NCBI RefSeq assembly: GCF_009914755.1
Contig: NC_060928.1
Length of the DNA: 64,000 bases
DNA from: the human T2T-CHM13v2.0 reference genome, Homo sapiens
Direction: 5' to 3' (one strand)
Shown here: positions 54,382 through 64,000 of the stretch, one piece after another
Numbering within the stretch: the first letter of the stretch is position 1
Layout: the number at the start of each line of letters is the position of its first letter
Position numbers and translations under genes: made by a program
The notes under the pieces: generated by a model
Told to the model about the DNA's origin: nothing
Database searches by the model: none
Seen by the model: only the letters and a program-made list of their open reading frames with translations

Positions 54382-55556
54382 CTAAACTAATCTAGGCCAG
54401 ACTGGACTTTTTTCAATACAAAAGTGACAGGAAAGTTTTAAGTCTCCCATAAATCTCATTAAAGGGTGACAAGGAGAAAAAAAGTAAAAGAGTTTCATGT
54501 TTTTATGCCCCTCCAATTTCAGATTTTCTCAATAAGACAATTAAATATCCAGAGCTTGATAATTGAGTTCAACTCTGCATTGTTATTAATCCTATCTTAG
54601 TCCGTACAGAGTCATCATTACCATCCCTAGAAATAGATGCAATGAGCATTTCAGAATAATAGTTGTGACATTCTTTGAGGACAAATGCAAAAGTTTTGAT
54701 GTGGATTCTCAGACATCAGTGCAGGTTTGGGAAATACCGACAGCTGAGATGGTGCTGAAAATGAGAACTCTCCAGCCTCTCCTTTAAAGCCTCTGTGACA
54801 GACATAAAAGTGCTTGGCTGGATGTTTAAAGTGGGAATCTCATGAATGCATTCTTGATAAAGCTTGCTGAAGATGGTGATTCCTCTGCAGTTTCCAGGGA
54901 GCTCTTGTGAGAGAGGGATGTCTAGAAAGTGACATTTAAACACAAACTCAGAAACTGATTTTTCTTTAAAAAATTGAGCCTCTACCTATAGAAATAAGGA
55001 GAAAAAAATGTATAAAAGTGGCCGAAGTCTTACATTCTGACATCCCTCCCTAAAGTGTTTGGGCATGCCATAAAAGAAGCAGGCTCATCTAATAGAATGG
55101 GCAGAACAATGTATGCTATCCAGCTACTTGGGGAAACTCAGAAGGCACAAAAATACAGGGAATTCTGGACCTGTCCCAGGGAGACACTTTTCAGCCTTGA
55201 TTAGAATAGGTCATTGAGATGCTTAGAAGACTGATAGCTGATATGAAAAAGAAAGCACCTTTTCCTCTCTGTCCTAGGGACTGCAATGTGCCAAAAATGC
55301 CTCTACATGAAAAGATATAAGAAATATCATGAGAGAGCTGTAGGAATAAAATGTTTAAAGATATATCAGAAGGAAAGGAAAATAAATTCTCCACATATAT
55401 GTCATGGTTATAAACTTTGCTCTAAAACGATGTCCAAAAAGCGATTAAAGATAGCAGAAATGGTAACCAGGTTCAACTGACAAAAGTTGTTGTTGAGGCC
55501 ATAGTTAACATCTTTGAAGGCAGGCACAAGCTGCAGGAATAACAAAGGAAGCCTAC

Positions 55557-56298
55557 TGTTATAAACTAAATGTCTGTGCTATGGTTTGAATATATCTTCC
55601 AAAAGTGTGTTGGAAACTTAATCCCCAATGCAACAATGAGGTGAGGCCTACTGAGAGGTAATTAGGCCATAACGGTGGTGTCCTCATGAATGAATTAATG
55701 TTGTTATTGCAAGAGTGGATATGTTATAAAAAGGGGATTTTGGTCCCCTTCTCTCTCTCTCTCATTCTCTCTCATCCTTTCTTACCTTCTCACCATCTAC
55801 CATGACATGATGCAGCAAGAAGGCCTTTTCAAGATTCTAGCCTCTTGATCTGGGACTTCTCAACCTTTGGAACTGTGAGCCAATACATTTCTGTTCATTA
55901 TAAATGTATTCTGTTCTAGCAGCACAAAATGGACTAATACAGTTTGTGTCTCCCCAAAATTCATATGTTGAAGTCTTAATGTCCAATGTAATGGCATTAA
56001 AAGCTGAGGCCTTTGGGAGGTAATCAGAATTAGATGAGGTCATGAGGATGAAGCACTGTGATATTAGTGTCCTCATAAGAAGAGAAAGAGACACCAAAGT
56101 TTCCTGTTTTAATTGCATGAGGACATAGTAAGAAGGCAGCCATCTGCAAGCCAGGAAGAGGGCCCTATACAAGGACCAAATCTGCCAGCACCTTGATCTT
56201 GGACTTTCTAGCCTACAGAACTATGAGAAAAAAATGTCTGTTGTTTAAGCCACCCTGTCTGTAGTATTTTGTTAGGGAAGCACAAGCTGATTAAGACA
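55557..56298 (+). mobile_element. MLT1(A/B)-like LTR interrupted by a nested MaLR LTR
   Basis: Starts TGTTATAAACTAAAT, resumes at 55942 (GTTTGTGTCTCCCCAAAATTCATATGTTGAA), ends GATTAAGACA. TSD CCTAC/TCTAC. Confidence 0.8.
55577..55941 (+). mobile_element. MST(D)-like MaLR LTR nested in MLT1
   Basis: TGCTATGGTTTGAA...GGACTAATACA. TSD GTCTG/GTTTG. Confidence 0.8.
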
Positions 56299-58509
56299 TC
56301 TACCATTCTCCTAAAGCTAATGAAGTTGATTTTGGAAAAGAAGGATAGAGAGGTCAAAGTCACTGAAGAGAGAAAGAGAGAAAAGACCAAACTATGTACA
56401 ATCACGAAGATCCCTGCCAGGGCTTTAAGGGAACAGATGATGACTTCTTGGAACATTGTTCATGTGATGACTTCAGAGGCTTGGGAGTAAATCAGACAGA
56501 CTGACCCTGTTTCCTTGAATGAGTGCTTAAGTATTCGATACCAACTTGGTAGGTCTTCTGCTCATGAACTGATAGGATTCTACCAGAAAGTTAAAAATAT
56601 ACAGAAAGCCCAACTTGTGGCAGGCAAAGAGATAAACTCAGCTGCATAAGATGCTTAAAGAAGCCCCCTCTGAGAATGCAGCATTTAAGATGAGAAGGAG
56701 CCAGCCTTGAACAGCGGAAGGCAGAAGAGAAGAGCAGTCCAGACTGACGGGACAGTGCATGCGATCATTTCAAGGTGAAAAAAATCATGGCATGTCTGAA
56801 GTACCGAACAGAAGTCAGTTTAACTAGAGTATAGTGAGAGAGCAAGTCACTCAAAAGAATTTAAAGAGGTAAGTTGTAAGTTGAACAGGAAAATAAATGA
56901 GTGAATAAATAAATGATTACTCTGAAGAATGATTGCATTCCACTTATTAGACAGAGTTGTGAAGGAGGGATTCTCTAGGTACACAGTGAGTCATGGCAAT
57001 TTTATAGAGGAAAGAAAGCAAAATGAATTTCTAAGACCTACAGAAAGAATAGCATTTGAAATCTTGGGGGAAAACAACATGTATGTCAGTGGACATGGAG
57101 CTCTGTGGTCCAAAGGCCCAGGAAGTAACAAATGGTAAGAAAGACACACTTTTCTTGATGTGCCAAGAAAACTGATGGAGCAGAGATTCCTCTCCCATGA
57201 CCCCACATTTGAAAAGTACCAGTGCAAAGAAAAGCTCCAGTGCAAAAGCTTGTTGCTTTCCATGAAATTGCAAGATCATCCCTCAAAACAGGTGTTAAGT
57301 GGTATCCTGTGTACTTATAATTTTCTTAGTTAGCAAAGAATAGCTTGTAAAACTCATTTTTGAGAAAATGGTGGTTACTCTCATTGATAATTATTAAATA
57401 TGATATAGTTAATAGTGAGAAGAACTATCTAGATAACTATAACTGTCAATTTCTTGATGCTAAGTAGAATTTAGCCTTCAAGAATGGAGGTTTTTAAATT
57501 ATTAAAGTTTGGAGCTAGAAAGTAACTTGAAGCAAACGTCATTCTCTCTCTATTTTGCAAATTAGGAAAGTGAAACAAAGATGCATTAATTTAAGAATAG
57601 CAATAATGCATTTAATATCGACTAGTTTCGTGTACACTTCCCATTGTTCTTCTTTTGTCCCCAAAGTTAGCATAAACAAGATTTCTAAGAACTCTGGAGA
57701 GTGTAAGTGGTATATAAGCACAATATTTTCATTACTAAATTAAATAAATAGAATGGAATGAAGGTTTTTATCTATTTATTTCTGGCAAGAGAGAAATTTG
57801 GGGGACTTGACATTTCCTTCTTTGCACGTACACAGTCGTTTTTAGAAATGATGACCTCTAAATCATGCTTGTGTTCTTGCCTAAGGAGCCATGCCTTAGC
57901 TAACTCAATAATCTTGCTGCAAAAGTAACCAGTGATCAGATGAGAAGATAAACAATACACTGGTCTCAGAGACATGAGTCTGAGATAGGTTACTAGTCTA
58001 GGACCCAAGTAAATTAGCAGGCAAGGATAATATCATCTGCAATTTAACATGTGAAAAATTCAAGTTAGTGTAAATTGTATTATATTCTATGCATAGAAGA
58101 TAAATCTCACAAGTAAACCCTCGCTATTAGAAATAAGTAAGATTTACAAGTAAATTGACAAGAAGTTCCTCAGGATCATCACTTATTAGTTTGGCTATAC
58201 GGAAGACATAGAAACCACCCAGTTGCCAAGTACACTGACTTGAATCAAGTGGCTTAGAGAGTAATTTACAAATTTGAATGGCATTATATGAGATATGAAT
58301 ATGCCACAATTCCAAAAACTAATACACGTTCCCATCCCATTCAATTGGATATTATCATTGAATGATCATTTTCTCCGTTCAATAACCACGATCTGTTTAC
58401 TAATTAAATAATAATTATAGAAAGAAGTCAATATAACAATACATTACAAAATTATCTACTAATTTTTGATGTATAATAATAATACATTACAGACTGTAAT
58501 AATAATATT

Positions 58510-58760
58510 TAACACTTTATCATGTTGGATAAATGCAGGAATCATTGTAAGTGCTTTTAATTAATTATTTGATTTATCACCCAAGCAAACCTTGAAGTAA
58601 AAACATTTATTATCGCCATTTCACAAATGAAGAAAGTGAAGTCTAAATAAGTTAAATTACATGCTTGAGGTCACAAAAACTAGTGAGTTGCAGGTGTAAG
58701 ATTTGAATCCAGAAAATATGATCCAGAGCCCAACTTCTTAATTGTTATTCTACAGTACCT
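58510..58760. mobile_element. MIR
   Basis: CCATTTCACAAATGAAGAAAGTGAAG...GAGGTCACA...GATTTGAATCCAG. Confidence 0.65.
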
Positions 58761-59329
58761 CAAAGTATACAGATAAATGGAAAAACAGCCTTTTCCAAAA
58801 CATTGTCAACGTTTACTTTAATAGTTTTTAATATCAATCTATTAGTGTTTCCTTGTTATTAAACATCTGTGTGTTATAAATTTATAATATAAAATTCTGC
58901 CTCATTTATAGACATTACTGTTACAAAAATACAGATTCTGATTTCAGTAAAAGCATATCAGGTAACTTGTATTAACTCTTAAGAAGAGCCAGAAAATTTG
59001 GGGCTAAACAATTTTTCTTTTAATCTGTTGAAGATCTCAAAGAGCTAGCAAAGCAGTCATGAATTTTAGGGCAAAGATCTAGAGGAGAAGGAGAAAACCT
59101 AGAGTGGCTAAGACAGTTATACGTTTGACCAACATTATATGAGAGATTTTGGATTCACAGCAATCGCATCATTCTGAAGCACTTACATCATTCTATCCTG
59201 TGCAGTTGAATAGAATGTGAGGGGTGAGCCTGGCATTTAGATCCTCTTTTCTCCCAGTGGAATCCACCTAAAAATGAAATAAATGTATTTAAATGATCTA
59301 AGATTGCTAGAATTTTTATCTGCCTACTA

Positions 59330-60320
59330 GATGCCAAGGCAAATCTTCTCTGAATAAAGATAATTGTATCTTAAGCCTCAAACTATTTCTACTAATCTTA
59401 AAAGCTAATATACAACACTCAATTACAGAGAAATAAACACATGAAGTGATAAATTCACTTGATCACTTTTGATAAATTAACAAAATAAGCAATAAATAGC
59501 AGAAACAGATCCTCAGTGAATCCAGATAAGAAAAAGAGAATTCAAAAGAAATATGCTGCCTAAGCTCAAAAAAAAAAAAAAAAAAATGACAGGATTAAGA
59601 ATTTTGTCAGAAAACTAGACACTACAAAAAAATTTAGGAATTCTAACTAAAAGGTATACTAGTCAAAAAAGAAAACTCAATGGATAGATTCAACAGCAAA
59701 TTAGACACGACTAAAGAACAAATTGGTAAACTAGAAGATAAGTGAGAAGAAAATAAGCAACCTAAAGCATGGAGGGACAAATGAATAAAACATATAGAAA
59801 AGAGTATAGAAGACATACAGGATATAGTAAAGAGGTAAAAGGGTCTATTATATGTGTAATTGGAGAAAAGGGAGATAACAGGGCAGAAGTAATACTTGAA
59901 GAGATAATGGCCTAGAATTTTCACTGATTGTTTCAGTCATATATTGGGATACTATAAAACAGTGAAAATGAATGGCCTCCGGGTACATCAGAACAACGTG
60001 GGTTAATCTCCTACATGTAATATTGAGGCAAGGAAGCCAAACACAAAGAGTACTATATGATTATGTTAACATAAAATGCAAACACAGACAAAATTATATT
60101 GCAATTTGAGAAGTCAGAACAGTGGTTATATCTTGGACAGAGGGAAGGAATACTGATTTGGTGGATCATGAGGCAGTCTTCAGAGTGTTGATAATGATCT
60201 ATTTCTTAGTCTCAGCACTGGATACCTAGGCATATTTACTTCGTAATAATTCACATATTTTTTGTTTACTTTATTGTATATATGTTATATTTTACATAAA
60301 AGTTTAAAAACAAAATGAAA
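59330..60320 (+). mobile_element. Old L1M fragments (ORF1-like and 3'UTR)
   Basis: AAAACTCAATGGATAGATTCAACAGCAAATTAGAC...GAAGAGATAATGGC..GAATTTTC, then an L1ME-like 3' end. Confidence 0.65.
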
Positions 60321-60434
60321 ATAATTATTATGTGTTAGTGGGAGAAAAATTATTAATTCAAGAAACAAAAAAATTTTTTCATTCTTAAATCAACAATTAC
60401 ATTTTAAGATTCATATTTGAAATATTTGATTATT

Positions 60435-60740
<306 letters not shown>

Positions 60741-63700
60741 AGAGAAATATTTAATTATTAATAAGACTGGATTTTTCTAATTTTCTAGTCTTTCTATAAT
60801 TTCTATAATTTAGGACTTTCATGATTTTATAAAATGGTCTAAAACACCTTACTTTAGAAAAAAGAAACTATGATGGTGCATATACAATTTATCTTCTGCT
60901 TTCCATTTTTTCTGATTTCCAAAATAGTCAGATAGAATATGTGAATAATAAAAGCTACATGTGAATGTCTTCACTTTTTCAGAATCATGACCCTCTTTTA
61001 AATGGTAATACATGCAGGAAAATACTTCTAGTCACAATATTTACTCTAGTTTGGATATAAGGCAGCAAGTAACAAGAGGTGTTCATGTTAAACTATCTGA
61101 TTAACTCGAATCCTGATTGCTTGCTTGATATAGTATCATTGTTGGGTAATAATCTTTGTGATGATATCTGTGACCTTAAATCATATTTTAATGAGGCTTG
61201 AAGAAAGTATGTGCAGTCACAAAGAGTTGAAACTATTTGATAATTTTCACAAGAAAACATCAGCATGCCAAATATAAGTAAATGCATAAAATTATCTTCA
61301 CATTATTGGGTGTGAATGCTAAAATCGAGAGGTCATTTCACTGTTTAACAAACTCTTGGGAACAGGATACTTAATCATTTATAATTGAAACTGTAAATAA
61401 CTGTTGATTATGTAAGACATGAATTACTCTGACACTTGCCGAGAGAGGTCTGAAAAGGCGTTTCTTCAATCAAGTGTATGAAAAACAATACCTATCATCC
61501 TCAATAATAAATTAATGTTGAAAATGCCAAGAGAAAAGTTATAAGAATCTATATATCTCTGCATTCTTTAAAAATTTACTTTTTAGAGGCAAATCGATCC
61601 TCAAAAGAATTCGGAGAAACAAACAAATTCCACTTTATAAATCACTCATAGGTAGGATACCACCCATAATAATAAGAGACTTATAGAGGTCACTCCTTTG
61701 TTTAAAACAAAAGTTTATCCACATGCTATTGTTTCTCTACACATTTTACTGGGAGAATTGGAGGGATAGTTTCTATTCTCTGTACCATTTCTCTGGTTAT
61801 ACATGTACCAAATTATTTTTGAAAAATCAAATTTATTTGTAATTGGTTTCATAGAATGATAGTGTTTTCCTTATATCCTTAGCATTTTTGATTAGCCTCC
61901 ACAGTTCTTTGAGTCACAAAAATTTCTTGTTCGTGCTTGGTAACTAAATTATCATATTTGTTTTGACAATTTGAAAATATCTGTTTTAAAATAATGATGG
62001 ATAAATACACCAAAAATGTAACTTTTATGTAATCTTATTCTTTTAAAGAAAGATAACTTGCAAGAAAATAAAATTTAAATGTACACCACTATAAGTTTTT
62101 TCATATAAATAAATCAGTGAATGAGCAAGTGCTTAGACAGCCAGTTGAACCTCTGTCAATGGGTTTATCACATCATATTAAAATTGTTTATTTCTTTATT
62201 CTTCTAGTGCATGTAAGCACTCCATATGTAGGAGCAATATCTTATTTAAATCCCCAGGACCTTATACAATATGGTGCTCAGTAACAATTCTTGAATGAAA
62301 CTGAGCCATAAAAAGTAGTCTTATTCCTAGAATGCCTCAAGGTTGAGGCAATATCTGCTGGATGTGTTTTTACTTAAAATGAAGATTGAAGAGATGTAGA
62401 ATGGTAATAGATAAGGCTATTGGGACATGTACACAAACAAATCTTTACTACATTCAGGCATAGACTATTACTAGACAGGATAAACATTATAGAGTTTCTA
62501 TGAAAAACATTTTTATATTTTAAGGAAATATAAAAACTAAAGTGGAATTAAAAAGGAGGATCTGTCTGTAGTGTTTGGTACACGTGGGTATTGACTAAAC
62601 AGGAAAGAGACCACGATAGGGAGTAGCGGAGGAACAGGACTTCAAGGTAAGTGTAAGTGGTCTGTCTACAGAAGTAGGAACCAGAGAAGAAAAAATGACT
62701 GAGTAATCATGAGTTTAGAGTGAAATGTCATCAGAATTCGTGAGAGTAATAAACCAAGGGAAAATTTCCTTAGTCAAGGCATAATCTAGGAAAGGCATGT
62801 TGAGTTACTATTGCTGAGTGATGGTTATGGCACTTTAGGAGGTGCTCCTAGACCTTAAAAGAATTCCCTTTTGGACATTCCATTGAGAGCTCAGTGGCTT
62901 ATTTCTGCCCTAAACCCCTTTCATCCTCACCTCTTCCATCTGTAGTTGTCCCAACATTCACAGATCTCTCTGCTATTTTACTTTCAAGTATTAGTGTCAT
63001 GGTTTTCCACCTAAAGTTGGACTCACATAAGAATATCTTTTCTTAGGATCAATTTCCAAGTATGTGCATCAAGCATTTGACTTATCCTGTAGGTCTGGGT
63101 AGACTCTAATTTAATCTGTTCTTCCACTTACAATCCCTGGTTAAAGCTCCAAGTGAGGTTTTGGCTACACAAGCTGATGCTAAAAAAGTGCATTGAGTCT
63201 AAAAGCACCATTGTCAAGTGAGACTGGAAATTCTCATTCTACACATGCCCAATAATCTGTCTTTTGGGTAATTTCTTCCCAACCCACACTCTTTTCTCCA
63301 TCAGCTCTGTGCCTATCCTACTCATAACATGCATATACATAATTGCATTTACCGTACATTTTGATTTGATTTTAAAAAGTAGTAGTGTTTTGTTTGCTTC
63401 AGGTATATCCTTATTCTTTTACTCTTATATGAATAAATGTCACTAGATTTTAATAAATCAAATATCAAAAAACTTTAGTACTCACCCATAGTCTGTGATA
63501 AAATATATTTTGTGGAATGTTTCATCCTTTAAGAAATAGTTTCTCATAAAACTAATATTTCTATCTGCATCTGTGAAAATAATCAAATTTTTCAGACTAT
63601 TAAACTGTGAAACAAAATGTAATTATTTGATGTTCAGCTCCTATTTTCTTAAAAACATATTATAATAAAAGAAATATTAATGCAAGCAAGAGCAAGAATG

Positions 63701-63975
63701 AGCCAAGATTTAATACATATTATCACCTAATTTTAAAGTATTTATTGAGTATTTGTTATATATTTAGCATGATGCTAGGCATTATGGAGTCGTGTACGTT
63801 TGAATCCTCCTAATGTGTATGGTTACAGATGTTTGGTAGATTATAAATTTATAGAAATAACTATAGTAAAGGTAGGACAATAAAGAGATGAGGACAGTTA
63901 CTCATAAAACACAAAGACTTTCTTGATGACAAACAGGCATGAACATAGACAGCCTATTTAAAAATAAATAAAAAT

Positions 63976-64000
63976 GGCCGAGTGCAGTAGCTCACGCTTG
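63976..64000 (+). mobile_element. Alu 5' end, truncated by window edge
   Basis: GGCCGAGTGCAGTAGCTCACGCTTG after an A-rich target site. Confidence 0.7.

Overview
Human-type genomic DNA containing the 5' part of SLC7A11 (xCT, light chain of the cystine/glutamate antiporter system xc-) on the minus strand. Coding exons 1-4 are at 19533-19257, 13918-13792, 9850-9735 and 804-679. All junctions are GT-AG and the frame is continuous for 646 nt. The gene continues past the left edge. The promoter (about 19813-19940) has a TATA-like box, two inverted ATF4/C-EBP amino-acid-response elements, and ARE-like and p53-like sites. The ~44 kb upstream is rich in Alu, L1, MaLR/ERV LTR and MER/MIR/L2 repeats, with no other credible gene. 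Best leads: (1) an Alu-containing upstream exon with a strong donor at 29496 and a cryptic acceptor 8 nt into the xCT CDS; joining them removes the canonical AUG and predicts a 98-114 aa alternative-frame peptide; (2) a Gln7-Trp-Trp uORF plus a second uORF in the 5'UTR; (3) a dense ACUAAY (QKI/branch-point) array in intron 1; (4) an AluY with a ~59-bp target-site duplication. Repeat subfamily names were called by eye and need RepeatMasker/Dfam confirmation.
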